A stretch of 64,000 nucleotides of DNA from Eledone cirrhosa (lineage: Eukaryota). Both the position numbers and the translations under genes were made by a program. The stretch lies in contig OZ024742.1 in assembly GCA_964016885.1 (NCBI GenBank), positions 99,634,001 through 99,698,000 on the forward strand. Reading direction: 5' to 3'. Of this stretch, positions 1-13,133 are shown in pieces. Positions within the stretch are counted from its first letter, which is position 1. The number at the start of each line of letters is the position of its first letter. The notes under the pieces were generated by a model. It searched no databases, was not told where the DNA came from, and saw only the letters and a program-made list of their open reading frames with translations.

Positions 1-2505
1 CATCTGAACACAGTCCTCTATGCTGATAAGACCTCTTCCACCCTCAGATCTCCTTAGGTAGAGTCTATCGACATCACTCCTCTTGTGGAACATGTTGTAG
101 GTAGTCAATAGCTTCCTAGTCTTCCTATCCATTTCTTTTTGTTCAGCAACATTCCATCTCAGAATTCCCGCACTGTACCTAATAATAGACACAGCTCGGG
201 AATTTACTGCGCTTATGGCATTTCTGCTGTTCAGATGTGACTTCAATACGCTCCTTACTCTCCGAATGTATTCAGTTCTTAACAATTCCTTCATTTTTTT
301 GTTCTTTATGCCATCAGCCTCCAGAACGCCCAAATACTTGTATCCTTCCTCAGAGTCAATTTCCTTTATCATCTCACCTGTTGGTATCTGGATCCCGTTA
401 CTTCTGCTCAACCTACCCCTCCTCATCACAATGACTCCACATTTACCAATACCAAACTGCATACATATATCACTGCTGAAAATACGGACAGTGTCAACAA
501 GCACATCCAACTCCTTCTCACTTTTCCCGAAGAGCTTAAGATCGTCCATGAAGAGGAGGTGATTGATGGTAAGCTCTCCCCTTCCCAACTTGTATCCTGC
601 TCTCACTTTTCGCAGCATAATGGTCAAGGGCATCAGGGCAAGGACAAACAACAGAGGGGACAGGCTATCGCCCTGGAAGATACCTCTCTTGATCTTCACG
701 CTTCCCAAGGATACTCCAGTTGATGTCAACTCTGTCTCCCAGGACCCCATACTCCTGCCCAGCAACTGTCTGATGTTATCTGCCACCCTGAAGATCTCCA
801 GGCTTTTGGTGATCCAGGAATGAGGCACCATGTCAAATGCCTTTCTGTAGTCTATCCATCCCATGGCAAGATCAGTGTGTCTCCTCCTGCAATTCCCCAT
901 TACCATCTTATCAATAAGCAACTGGTCCTTTGTACCACGTGACTTCTTTCGGCATCCTTTCTGTTCGTCCGGCAACAAGTTGTTTGTGTGGAGGTGATGG
1001 TAGATTTCCTCAGACACAATGCTCGTCAACAGTTTCCACATTACGGGCAGACATGTGATAGGTCTATAGTTGGTAACATCATTACCCTTGATTCGGTCTT
1101 TCATTATCAGAACTGTGGTACCTTTTGTCAACCACTCTGGCACCTCACCCGACACCAAGCAGTCATTGAACATGGCCGTCAGCTTCGGGTGGAGGGATGT
1201 TAAATGTTTAATCCAATACCCCTGCACACCATCTGGGCCTGGTGATTTCCAGTTGGTTAGTTTTTTGGCTTGCCCCTTAAGAGTTTCAACTGTGATACTC
1301 AAATCAGTCTGTTGCTGTGCCTGCTCACCGATCTCCCTCTGTACTGTCTCAATCCACCCTGCCTGGGCATTGTGTCTAACATCCTGCTCCCATATTCCTC
1401 TCCAGAATGTTTTAGCTTGTTCCGCCCCAGGGATCAAGTCGTTGCCTCTTTCTTTCCCCTGAAGCTGTCCAAACAGCATCTTCTGGTTGTTGTCGAACAT
1501 GCGGTTCTGTTTATACTGACTGACTCTGTTCTCATATCGCCTGATTTTGGCACTCTTTGCTACAATGCGTTGCTTCAATTCCTCTATGATAATATTTAGC
1601 TTTTTACTCCTAGTTTTGTATTTTATTTCCAGTCTATTTTTAGTGCCTATGTTTTTTAGTGTCCCATTCAGTAGTGACTCAAGCTTTCCTATGTCATTTC
1701 TCATTTCCCCGATTTGCCCACTCAGTCGCTTCTTCCACCACGGCTCTGCTCTTTCTTGTCTGTTGTTTCCTCTCGCTTTTATACCAAGTAGTTTCCTCAC
1801 CGTATTTGCTGTTGCTTTGAGGATATTGTTGCACTGGTGAAGACTCCTCGCCTCAAGGTATGGGATGTCTTTGTTTACCTTAGCTGTTGTTTCTTTTAAC
1901 TTTTTCCTGTCTACAAATCTTAGGTTCATAGGTCTCCCACTATCATTGTTCAACTCATCTACCACTAAATTTAGGATGTCAACCGAATCTTGTCCTAGCC
2001 CGTCAGCATTCATCTCCTCAGTGGCCGTATCTCTGTTCCAGGTATTATTTATCTCAGTATTCAGATCATTGTCTGCTTCGGGTGGTTCCTCCGTTCTCAG
2101 GACCTCCTCACCTTCATTTCCCGCCGGCTCGCTTGTCTGGCATACTACACCCGCCATCTCCAAGCCATTCTCTCTGCTCAGTTCCTCCAGTTCCAGCTCG
2201 CTTATCCACCCATTAGTTCTTATTACCCGAGCCTGCCCGGCCAATTTTTGTTCATCTAATTTAAATAAACCAATCTCGTTCCAGATGTTATGCATCCGTC
2301 TCCTGTAGCCCCTCTCCTTGGGGTTACTTTTCAGGTAGCATTGCATAACAGTTCTATTCAATTCTTTCGTCCAGTTGGTTCTGGCCCCTTTCCTTCTTCT
2401 TCTTCCTCCAACATCAGCAGTATTTGGTTGACAGTCAGGTTCCTGCTGCTGAGCCAGGGGGCACCTGTTGGGTGAGAGTCTGTCACATGACGTTCTAGTC
2501 TCCAT
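1..2505 (-). CDS. R4/Dong-clade non-LTR retrotransposon ORF (N-terminal domain + reverse transcriptase), continuing past the left window edge
   Basis: Manual translation from ATG at 2505: METRTS...ARTNWTKELNRTVMQCYLKSNPRERGYRRRMHNIW (Dong/R4-like N-terminus); RT motifs AMGWIDYRKAFDMVPHSW, RGIFQGDSLSPLLF, INHLLFMDDLKLF, EGGRGLISIEDCVQM. Frame is consistent at codons checked at 2341, 541 and 1. Absent from the ORF track, consistent with no stop inside the window. Confidence 0.92.
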   Translation of the reverse strand, partial: METRTSCDRLSPNRCPLAQQQEPDCQPNTADVGGRRRRKGARTNWTKELNRTVMQCYLKSNPKERGYRRRMHNIWNEIGLFKLDEQKLAGQARVIRTNGWISELELEELSRENGLEMAGVVCQTSEPAGNEGEEVLRTEEPPEADNDLNTEINNTWNRDTATEEMNADGLGQDSVDILNLVVDELNNDSGRPMNLRFVDRKKLKETTAKVNKDIPYLEARSLHQCNNILKATANTVRKLLGIKARGNNRQERAEPWWKKRLSGQIGEMRNDIGKLESLLNGTLKNIGTKNRLEIKYKTRSKKLNIIIEELKQRIVAKSAKIRRYENRVSQYKQNRMFDNNQKMLFGQLQGKERGNDLIPGAEQAKTFWRGIWEQDVRHNAQAGWIETVQREIGEQAQQQTDLSITVETLKGQAKKLTNWKSPGPDGVQGYWIKHLTSLHPKLTAMFNDCLVSGEVPEWLTKGTTVLIMKDRIKGNDVTNYRPITCLPVMWKLLTSIVSEEIYHHLHTNNLLPDEQKGCRKKSRGTKDQLLIDKMVMGNCRRRHTDLAMGWIDYRKAFDMVPHSWITKSLEIFRVADNIRQLLGRSMGSWETELTSTGVSLGSVKIKRGIFQGDSLSPLLFVLALMPLTIMLRKVRAGYKLGRGELTINHLLFMDDLKLFGKSEKELDVLVDTVRIFSSDICMQFGIGKCGVIVMRRGRLSRSNGIQIPTGEMIKEIDSEEGYKYLGVLEADGIKNKKMKELLRTEYIRRVRSVLKSHLNSRNAISAVNSRAVSIIRYSAGILRWNVAEQKEMDRKTRKLLTTYNMFHKRSDVDRLYLRRSEGGRGLISIEDCVQM

Positions 2506-3074
2506 TTCACCGTTATTCGAACTGTTTATGTTCGATATTTAAACACTCTTATCGAGGATTGGCGAATGTATGTTTACATAGCCATCTGTGGATCCGCCAT
2601 CCCACTTGGCCCTTGTGTGGCATTATCACCACGCTGTATACGGACACACATAAACAAACAAACACACGGGCAGAAAGGGCCCCAAAAATGAATAAGCATA
2701 AGTTTCATTGTAATGTAGTATTCGAATGTCTGACTTAGTTTTTGTTTTTTAAGTTTTACTGTTTCCCCCCTCTTCTCTGTCCGTCCGCCTGCTTCTCTCT
2801 TCATTCTTATTTTCTTTACGTTTTTGGGGTTTCTTTTTTTGTTTTTGTTTTTCTCTGTTTTTCTCGTTTTTTACTGTTGTTGCTGTGCTGCTTTTGTTGT
2901 TTGTTTTTTCTTTTTTCTTTTGAGTCTATCTATATATTTTGATGCCTTCCTCTTTGTTAGTAGTAGGAATTCTATAATGTGGAAGTGGTAGCCAGCAGAG
3001 ACTGGCGGCGTTGGCGATACTGAGACAGTGGTGGTGGTGATGTCGATACCGAGGCAGTGGCGGCGGTGATGCGA

Positions 3075-3720
3075 CCGTATTACTGTAGTGATGGTGCTGT
3101 AGCGGTGGCAGCAGCAGTGAAGGAGTCAGGGGGTGGTGGCGGCGGTGATGGGATAGTGGTGGTAATGATGGCCGTAGTGAGCGGTGGCGGTGAAGGTGAA
3201 AATGCTGTTGTGTTTAGTGTACACAGATGATGGGGTGGGTGGTGTATCTAGTTTCTGGTGTTGGTGAGTTTCGCTGTCCTATATAGTGTAGCCAGAGGAG
3301 AGGAGGGGGGGGGTTCTTCTTCTTCCATTTATAGCCATTTTATTTTTTTTTTGGATATACAGTGTACAATACAAAGTTGAATATTTGAATATTTGAGCCG
3401 TATTACTGTAGTGATGGTGCTGTAGCGGTGGCAGCAGCAGTGAAGGAGTCAAGGGGTGGTGGCGGCGGTGATGGGATAGTGGTGGTAATGATGGCCGTAG
3501 TGAGCGGTGGCGGTGAAGGTGAAAATGCTGTTGTGTTTAGTGTACACAGATGATGGGGTGGGTGGTGTATCTAGTTTCTGGTGTTGGTGAGTTTAGCTGT
3601 CCTATATAGTGTAGCCAGAGGAGAGGAGGGGGGGGGTTCTTCTTCTTCCATTTATAGCCATTTTTTTTTTTTGGGATATACAGTGTACAATACAAAGTTG
3701 AATATTTGAATATTTGAGCC
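3075..3720. repeat. Near-perfect tandem duplication, unit about 322 bp
   Basis: ccgtattactgtagtgatgg...gaatatttgagcc occurs at 3075-3399 and again at 3398-3720. Confidence 0.9.
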
Positions 3721-3849
3721 TTATAACAATATATTTTGGGTCCGAATTTTTTTGGGGCTCAAGCCGGGTGCTTTACGTAGCATTTGTACTAAGAGTTGTT
3801 ATTTCACAAATGATTTAAATATGTTAAAAATTCAAAACTTACTATGACA

Positions 3850-3904
<55 letters not shown>

Positions 3905-3905
<1 letters not shown>

Positions 3906-4992
3906 TGTTCTTTGAGTCTCAATCATTGATGTTATTTAACTGGAAAGTTTGTTGAAATGAATATCAAGCCGCTACCTGCAGCCTCAGGACATATCGGAGG
4001 GTTCTTGATGTTCCCAGCAAGCACCTTTTGAAGTGTTCCAAAAAACGGGGCTGGACTAATCTTCAACCATCCTTGGAGTCTCTTTGAGATAGTACCTAGT
4101 GCGCCTATGACAATCGGGACGACTCTGACTTCAGCGCAGTTCCAAATCCTGGTATCGGTTAATTTTCTCCCTCTCCTGTTCTTGCACTCTCGTCTCAAAT
4201 GGGCGGGCTACATCTACAATCAGGCATGATCTTTTTTCCTTGTCCAAAACCACCAGGTCAGGCCTATTGTATTCTAATTTCTTGTCCGTCTGTTTCCTAA
4301 AATCCCACAGCACCTTCACCTGATCGTTTTCTATCACCGACTCTGGCTTATGCTCATACCGCTTCTAAGAATGTGGTAAATTGTTTACTTTGCATAGATG
4401 CCAGTGGATCACCCTGACCATCACATCATGTCTCCCGCCTTTATAGTGAGTCTCGGCTAGGTGTTTACACCCGGATACACTGTGAGCCACAGTTCTCTCT
4501 CTCTCTCTCTCCACAGATCCTACGCAGTGGGCTAGCCTCCTCCTTGTCAATGTTGTGTCCCTCCACTTCGTTCTGAGGGCCTGCTCTTGCGCAGCCATTA
4601 GCATTCCTTCTGTAGCTTGTTTAAGGTCTCCTCTTTTTAACCAGTTCTATGTCTATGGATCTCTAAATTCCGTTTTCTTAAAGAAGGTGCTATGAACGGA
4701 TTTTTCATGAAGGTTGCTCTTCCTCCTTTGACATCCCCTGGTCTGTTGTCTTCTCCTTCAGTACAATTTTTAGCATTGGCTCCCAACTGTCAGTCACATA
4801 TTTGTGCAGGTTTTTTTTTTCCATCTGGTCACAGTCTTCTATGCTGATAAGACCTCTTCCACCTTCAGATCTATTTAAGTAGAATCTATCAACATCACAC
4901 CTCTTGTGGAACATGTTGTAAATAGTCAAATAGTCTTCCTACCCATTTCTTTTTGTAATATTCCATTTCAGAATTCCCGCACTGTACCTAAT
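3905..4992 (-). mobile_element. 5'-truncated, frameshifted R4/Dong element (RT end, zinc knuckle, restriction-like endonuclease)
   Basis: Fragments CDVDRFYLNRSEGGRGLISIEDC, AAQEQALRT, TVAHSVSGC...RHD, KVLWDF...NRPDLVVLD...DVARP...KINRYQDL, VVPIVIGALG; 3' end abuts (TTA)n at 3851-3904; 4800-4990 is similar to 1-185. Confidence 0.9.
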
Positions 4993-5027
4993 CATATTAT
5001 CATTATTATTATTGTTGTTGTTATTTT

Positions 5028-5438
5028 TTGAGTCTCAGTCATTATGTTATTTAACTGGAAAGTTTGTTGAAATGAATATCAAGCCGCTACCTGCAGCCTC
5101 AGATATTTAGGACGTATCGGAGGGTTCTTGCTGTTCCCAGCAAGCATGCCTTTTGAAATGTTCCAAAAAGCGGGGCTGGACTAATTTTCTTTAACCATCA
5201 TTGGAAACTCTTTGAGATAGTACCTAGTGCGCCTATGACAATCGGGACGACTCTGACTTCATGGCAGTTCCAAATCCTTTTTACCTCCCACTTTAAGTAC
5301 TAGTATCGGGTAATTTTCTCACTCTCCTTTTCTTGCACTCTCGTGTCAAATGGGCAGGCTACATATACAATCAGGCACGATCTTTTTTCCTTGTCCAAAA
5401 CCACCAGGTCAGGCCTATAGTGTTCTAATTTCTTGTCC

Positions 5439-5440
<2 letters not shown>
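5028..5440 (-). mobile_element. Second R4/Dong 3' fragment of the same family
   Basis: Close copy of 3910-4290; flanked by (TTA)n-like tracts on both sides. Confidence 0.88.
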
Positions 5441-5470
<30 letters not shown>

Positions 5471-5471
5471 A

Positions 5472-6024
5472 GTTGCATTTATCTTGCTTTATGTTCATCC
5501 GAGTTATCACCAAGTCACAACCAGTGACCTCAAGAGACAACAAGGTCCGCCATGTTCAAGAAAGAACATACATACACACACATGCACATTTAGGTGTTTA
5601 GACTTGTGATGTACTTATATTGACAGAATCTTCCTTAGTATATGGGCAGTTCCCATTAGTACTATCTTTGATATTTCTCCTATACGTGGGTTTCCTGGGA
5701 TTTGCGATAAGTAATCATTAGCCCCCTTAGGTATCATTCCTAGAGCGCCTACAACCACTGGAATTGTTTTAGTTCTCAATTTCAACATTTTTCCAATTTC
5801 TATCTCCAGGTCCTTATACTTGCTCAATTTTTCAAATGTTTTTATAGATACATTTTTGTCTATTGGAACGGACATATCAATTAGCAGGCATACCCCCTTT
5901 TGAAAGTCTTTCAGTATTATATCAGGTCTATTTGCATCTATTTTTCGGTCTGTTTGGATGCTAAAGTTCCACAAGACTGAGATGTGATCTTTTTCAAGTA
6001 TGGGAGGTGGTTGATGCTCCGACC
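5472..6024 (-). mobile_element. R4/Dong-type 3' fragment of a different family (RLE domain + 3' UTR)
   Basis: ORF 5615-5974: WNFSIQTDRKIDANRPDII...CLLIDMSVP...KLSKYKDL...IPVVVGALG; between (TTA)n tracts. Confidence 0.88.
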
Positions 6025-6774
6025 AATTATTATTATTGTTATTATTATTATTTATCCGGGTTCCTGATGGCTATATTGGAAGTTGTGTTCAGATTAGTAA
6101 ACTGACATTGTTATTGCGCATCAACAGTTGGGATGATGAAACATTAGCATGGCCTCTATGACTTAGAGCTGCTGTTGTTGTTTTCTGTGAAATTGTATAA
6201 CTAATTTTGTTGTTGTTTAAAAAAATACGCTACTCATAATTTTGAACTAAACTTCCAGTCAAATTGCTATAGCGTACAAATAACATATATCTTATTAAGT
6301 GTATCACCGTCAAGCGATAATATAGTCTAACTCTTATAAAACATCCTTTTCTTCTACTTTTCCCCGTCATAGTTTCGTGTTGTATCATAACTGTTTCATA
6401 TCTTAAATATTGGTATGAATGGTTCTGGTCTAATTCTGACGTTTAGTTCATTCTCAGTTTGAGTTGATTTTTCACCTTATATATTAGTTTTCGTATATTT
6501 GTCTAGTCCCACACTCACATGTTTGTCTTGGTAAACTTGATGAACACTTTCGATTTTCTTCTGAATATATACACTTGAAAATATTTGTATACCCACCCCA
6601 CCATTTAGATAAAGTGATTTATTATTTATTTTTACTATATATAACCATTACAATGAAATTCGTTCCGCATTAACGAGGAAACTGCACTCCTAAAACATAA
6701 CATGAATTTTACAACAACAAAATTTAAACTAAAATTTACGAAAGATGATATTAAAATAACCCTATATTAATTGA

Positions 6775-7020
6775 TGTCGGGTGAGCATTAGGGACAAACA
6801 GAGAGGGTGGCTAAGAAATCTTGGCACAGATGTGGCCCTAATTAGCTTAGATCAATCGAAAGCATTCGATGGGGTCGACCTTCGGTACTTGGCAGCATTC
6901 CTCAAGGTACCAGGATTCAGAACTGATTTCAGAGGATGGATTACCGCAACGTACATCGCCATCTATTTAGGGTTTAGAATGAACGGCCACCTCTCGGAAC
7001 CGTTCAGCATCATGCGTGGT
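6775..7020 (+). mobile_element. Tx1/L1-like RT fragment
   Basis: ALISLDQSKAFDGVD...FRGWI...NGHLSEPFSIMRG (RT subdomains 3-4). Confidence 0.8.
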
Positions 7021-7029
7021 GAGGGTGAT

Positions 7030-7070
7030 AGTGGTTTTGGTAGTGGTGCTGGTGGTGATAATACTGGTTT

Positions 7071-7129
<59 letters not shown>

Positions 7130-7637
7130 CATGAGGGTCTGTAATTGCAACCTTGATAACAAGCTTTGCTAACTTACATTACATCACCTTCTCCAAATTA
7201 TATTTGCTTTACTGTATTTAGTGTTGTCACTGTTGTTATTGTTATTATTGTTGTTATTGCCGTTGTTATATTGTTGTTGCTGTATAATTATTGCTGGTTC
7301 TATTTTTCAATGTTGTTGCTATTATTATTTTTTTTTTTTTTGCTATCGTGTTGTTATTGTTGTTAGTTTTGGCATTGTTGTTGACCCTTTTGTTTTTATT
7401 GTTGTGCTGTTGTTTTTATTCTCCTCCTATTCTTCCTACTCCTCCTCCGCCTCCTCCTCCTGCTCCTCCTCATTCTTTATTCTATTTCTTCATCGATTTC
7501 TTCTTTTATTTCTTCTTTTTCTTGTTGTTGCTGTTGTTATTATTCTTACCATCATCATCATCACAGTTATTGTTGCACTTGTTGTTGTTATTTTTATTAT
7601 CATCATCATCATCACAATTATTGTTGCACTTGTTGCA

Positions 7638-7674
<37 letters not shown>

Positions 7675-7891
7675 CCTACTTTTATAGTTCTTATAATTTC
7701 ACGTTATTAGTGTTTCATTACTTAGGCAAAAAGCCAATCTCTTTTTTCTTTTTTTTTTTTCAATTTTAAGACCAATACTGAAGAACTTTTTGTTCTCATT
7801 GTTATTGTTTATTTATTTATTATGTTATTATTATTATAGTTATTATTTATTATAATTGTTGTTATTGTTATTGCTATTATTATTATTATTA

Positions 7892-7926
<35 letters not shown>

Positions 7927-8020
7927 TTACTACTATTACCACCAGTAATATTAGTAGAAATAGGGGTAGCGGTTGTTGTGAGTATTGTGGTAGCCATGGT
8001 TGATTTCGTAGATATAACAC

Positions 8021-8075
<55 letters not shown>
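7030..8075. repeat. Trinucleotide microsatellite field (AGT, TTG, TTA, TCC, CAT)
   Basis: Direct inspection. Confidence 0.9.
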
Positions 8076-8076
<1 letters not shown>

Positions 8077-8554
8077 AGTACTCCAGGCGAAAATTATTAT
8101 AGTAAAACAAAGAATTCAAGAATAAAGACCAACCCAATCATATAGTTTTTTGTATTCTTCCTTTTAAATCTTCTGGTAAAAATACTTCTTTTGGTTATAT
8201 GATTTTTTTTTTTTAGTATTTGTCTTTACATCTATCTGTGTTTTAGTTTCCTCTCTCTCTCAGTTATTTTATTGTCGGCCTGCCATCAACGTTCCACTAT
8301 GTAATTATAGTAATAGTAATAATTACAAGACTTGAATGGGCTGTCTGCTCATAATCGCTACTGGCTCAGGCCGAACATTTTTTTCTCTCCTGTCTCTTTG
8401 ATATTTCTCCCCTCCCCCCTCTCTCTCTCTCTCTCCATCTCTCTCTCTCGTTTGCTCTCTCTTTCCCTCTCTGTCTTTCAACCCCACTCTCATTCCTCGT
8501 CTTTTACACACTTTCTCACACATATATATATGTATTTATATTTTCTTTTATATG

Positions 8555-8586
<32 letters not shown>

Positions 8587-8729
8587 AATGTGTGTGTAAG
8601 TGCGTGTGTAAGTGCATTTTGTCTCTCTCTCTACATATATATATATATACATGAAAGATAGAGGAAAATCTCAAACAAATACATAACCTCGCAGTCACAT
8701 ATACACTCACAATAAACAAACACGCATGC

Positions 8730-8761
<32 letters not shown>

Positions 8762-8773
8762 CCACACACACAC

Positions 8774-8809
<36 letters not shown>

Positions 8810-9469
8810 GCGCGTATAACCCGTGTAACAAAATTATGAAGAAAGAAGACGAAAATACGCTTCAGTTAAGCGAAAGAAATGGAAAGAAAATATTTGAAGG
8901 AACTAAATCAAAAGTAGCATCACTGATAATAATTGTCTTCTTACAACCTATAATTATTAATTTATTTCTAATCTTAGAATTTATTTATTTTTTTGTTGTT
9001 CATTCATTTATCTTAAATTGCTATTAATTACTCCATTATATTTAAAAAAATCTTGTAGTCTGTTTCTCGTTTGTTTTCACTTTGTTTTTTTGTGTGTTTT
9101 GCTAATCCTTTCTTAGACGAGATATTCATTCAGAGGGACCTGCTGTAAAACCTTACGGGATTACGTGTTAAGCACGTAAACACACCTGTACCTAAATAGT
9201 AGGTTTTGAAAAATATTAATAATTATAATAACGTTATGTCATTTTGGTACAAGTCCAGGAATTAATGAGCTTATTAATGTTCATTTAATTTAGAGGGGAT
9301 TGTCGACATTCAGAGTAAATAGTAACGTTATGTCTGTTGGCTATGTACACGACACACAGTTTAGAATATAATCACATGTTAATTGTGTATCGATAACGGA
9401 GTTCCATCTTGTTCCTTCCATTTTGACCACGTTTTCCATGCAGACATTGACCTAAAGATGTTCAGGCTG

Positions 9470-9752
9470 GTGACCAGCCACATCAATCACAGCTAGCTGA
9501 TACATCATACGTTTTTAGCTATCACATCAAACATTATTACCAGCCACATCAAACATTGTTAACCGATACATGAACCAATGTTAGCAGTCACATCAAGCAT
9601 TGTTAGCCGTCACATCAAACGTTTTAGCAGTCCTATCAAACAATGTTAGAATTCACATCAAACAATTTTAGCAGCCACATCAATCATTGTAAGCAGTCAC
9701 ATCAAACATTGTTAGCACTCTCATTAAACAAGTTTAGCAGTCATATCAAATA
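9470..9752. repeat. Degenerate minisatellite, about 13 units of 21-22 bp
   Basis: Consensus TAGCAGTCACATCAAACATTGT. Confidence 0.85.
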
Positions 9753-10085
9753 CCTCGAGCGATTTATGGGTCTCAGTATTTTGTGATGTAAATGGTTTAT
9801 TGATCTGCAGTTTTGGTTGTTTTTGTTGTTCAGGCCCAGGTCAGACATGAAAGAGCAGACATATGATCAAAGGTTTTCCATTTTGTGTTTTAATATCTAT
9901 GAATAAACTGTACAATATGAACATCCCTACTTTAGGTTGAATTTGAGTGATAACTAGATGTTATTTCTAGCAGGGCGAGCCACCTAGTAGTAAAGCTTAG
10001 GTATCACAACATATTTGATTGCGAATACAAAGTGAATGCATAACCATAGACTTGTTCATTAGCCAGAATAGCATGCCATGTGCAT

Positions 10086-10165
<80 letters not shown>

Positions 10166-10786
10166 AACTATTTAACATTTATACACACATACATGTATAA
10201 CGCAATGCATTTCCCATCACATTCATGAAATTTGCTTTCCAATCACAAGGTTTTAGGGTCTAAATTTACAAGTGTCCTTGTAAATAGTTATTTCTCCAAA
10301 GCTACAAATATGTATAATCCTCTATAACATTTGCATGAACACACTGGACATTTATGTAATTATATACTAGAAATAAATTATTAAAATATCATTCTTATCT
10401 TTAATCATTTCCAAATGTCAGTAATCAATATAAACCATTTCGCTTAAGCAAACCATTAATTTGTCTAAACGCAGATTTCCAAATTTGTATGATTGTTCAT
10501 GTATCCGGTAATCCTACTATATATGGCACAATAATCTTTGTCTCCAAAAATTAAATTATTTCGATGCTATTGTCATCACTATTGAAGGCATAGGTCCAAT
10601 AGTTTATATTTCGCCCTCTCTAAATTAGCTAAATGAACCAAATTCGCTACGTTAGTTAATTTATCACATTTTTGACAGTTTCTGTTTATATATTCGATTC
10701 GTTATCATTAATATATCTATATCTTACATTCCATTATCATTGCTATTAAATAAATGGAAAAAGAGATTCTGAAACACACACATAAA

Positions 10787-10859
<73 letters not shown>

Positions 10860-11226
10860 GTATTTATTTGTATATAATATATATTAAGCTTTAGAGGGGA
10901 AAATATTCAGGCTATATCCTCTTTATAAGAAAACGAAAATATGGAGCATTTAATAAATTAATGATATAAGTAAGCTAAATTCTGTACTTAGCTTGGAAAC
11001 TCATCAGGCCAAAGTTAATATCTGTTTAATAGGCATTAAACAACTGAGATTAAAAATCTCCCTTCTCGTGAAGTTCGTGTGATTTCAAAGAATGATGATA
11101 TAAGATTTGAACTGAAATCTTAAATGGATGTAACTGTTTAGTTCTGCCAAATGATTCTGCAACCGACACCACGTGTAGTTACAGAGATATTCACACACAC
11201 CATCCATTGCTGACACGCACTAATTT

Positions 11227-11411
11227 GTGGATTGGCAGTATCAGTAGAGGGTCGGACGCCATGCTTTCCAGCATAGTTACGTCCCTTTACGATCTGAGTT
11301 CAAATCCCGCCGAGGTTGACTTTGCCTTTCATCCTTACGGGGTCGATAAAATAAAGTACCAGTAATGCACTGGATAATTGCTGGCCTTGTGCCTAAAGTA
11401 GAAACAATTAA
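11227..11411 (+). mobile_element. tRNA-derived SINE
   Basis: A-box-like TGGCAGTATCAG, B-box GAGTTCAAATCC, central TTTGCCTTTCATCCTTACGGGGTCGATAAAATAAAGTACCAG; many copies in the window. Confidence 0.88.
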
Positions 11412-12599
11412 TTTAGAAATGCATACATACTTAACAACATATGTATTTTTTAAATGTTTTACCGCATATATATATATGTGTGTGTGTGTGTGTGCGCCCG
11501 CGCGAGTGTGTGTAGGTATGTATATGCGTGCGTGTGTGTGTGTGTGTGTGAATCTATGCTGTGATTAATGCAGTTATGTATATATGTACGGTTGCACATA
11601 TCATGATATTTCCAAGCGTGCCTTCGTGTATGTGTAAATGTATTCATAAGCGTATGTAAAAGAATATATGCATTTGTGTATATACTTGTAGATGTAATTG
11701 TCTAAATGTGCGTGTGCTCGCACATATCTGCATTGCACATGCATATACATGCATGCATATATAAATTCACAGAACCACACATACACACACACACCACACA
11801 CACATATATATATATACATACATCCTGATAAACACCTGAGCCATAGAGAGAGAGAGAACAAAGTGACCTCTCATTCAATTCACCCATAAATCCTAAAAAT
11901 CATGACGTTTATTGAAGTGTTTTAGGGGACATTCACAACTCCCTTTCCTTCAAGCTTCATATTTTCTTTGTGAAAACCTATATATTCATATGCACGATAC
12001 ATTATTATTATCTATAATATTAGATATACTGTTTCTGTACACATTTCCCTCTATTTTTTCTATACACATCCATACCTATATAATATATATATATATGCAG
12101 GTATGCCATTTTTTATTAACTCTCTTACATTCGTCTTTCTCGTTGTTACCTTTCGTTTCGTTTAGATATTTTGTTGGTCATTTTCTTGATTTGTTATTGT
12201 TGGTGATAGTGGAGGCTTCTTGTCGTTGGTCGTGGAGTGGGTAATTTTCTTTTTGTTGTTGTTTTAAGAATTATAGCTATATGACTTCCTCTCGAGGATC
12301 CCTTCTCTAAATCTAAATTCTCCCCACACATATGCACACACACACACACACACAAGCACACATATATAGATATACGCACACATACTCTCATACATACAAA
12401 AACAAATGCAAACAGTATTTATGGTTACTTTTTTAGACTTATCTAACTGAAGAATCTCAACAATTCTTACTCTCTTACTTTTACTCACCCTCCATGTTTG
12501 GTCTGTCCCCTCTCTCTCTCCCTCTCTCTCTCTGTATTTATATATATATATATGTATATACACACACATACACACATATATATATATATATATACATAT

Positions 12600-12813
12600 A
12601 TGTGTATATATATATATATATATGTACATATATATACATATATGTACGTATATATACATATATGTACGTATATATACATATATGTACCTATATATACATA
12701 TATATACATATATGTACGTATATATACATATATGTACGTTATATACATATATGTACCTATGTATACATATATGTACGTATATATATATATGTACATATAT
12801 ATATATATATACG

Positions 12814-12853
<40 letters not shown>

Positions 12854-12932
12854 CATATATATATATACATACATATATATATACATATATATATATATAT
12901 ACATACATATATATACAAATATATATTTACAT

Positions 12933-12965
<33 letters not shown>
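12600..12965. repeat. TA-derived minisatellite (TATGTACGTATATATACATA units) and (TA)n/(TACA)n
   Basis: Direct inspection. Confidence 0.85.
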
Positions 12966-12966
<1 letters not shown>

Positions 12967-13051
12967 ATTAGAAATGTAAATGTCTGCAAGCACACACAAA
13001 CATATGCATACTTTGATGATTTATTGCCATATGTATTACTCATATATGCAT

Positions 13052-13133
<82 letters not shown>

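Noticed and set aside
215-2475. Many plus-strand ORFs
   Set aside because: Antisense shadows of the R4/Dong ORF
9470-9752. CRISPR-like periodicity
   Set aside because: No unique spacers, eukaryotic context, and no cas genes
10970-11015. CTGATGA followed by a hairpin on the minus strand
   Set aside because: No GAAA, stem III or closing stem I
11227-11320. tRNA gene
   Set aside because: A/B boxes belong to a multicopy SINE head; no full cloverleaf
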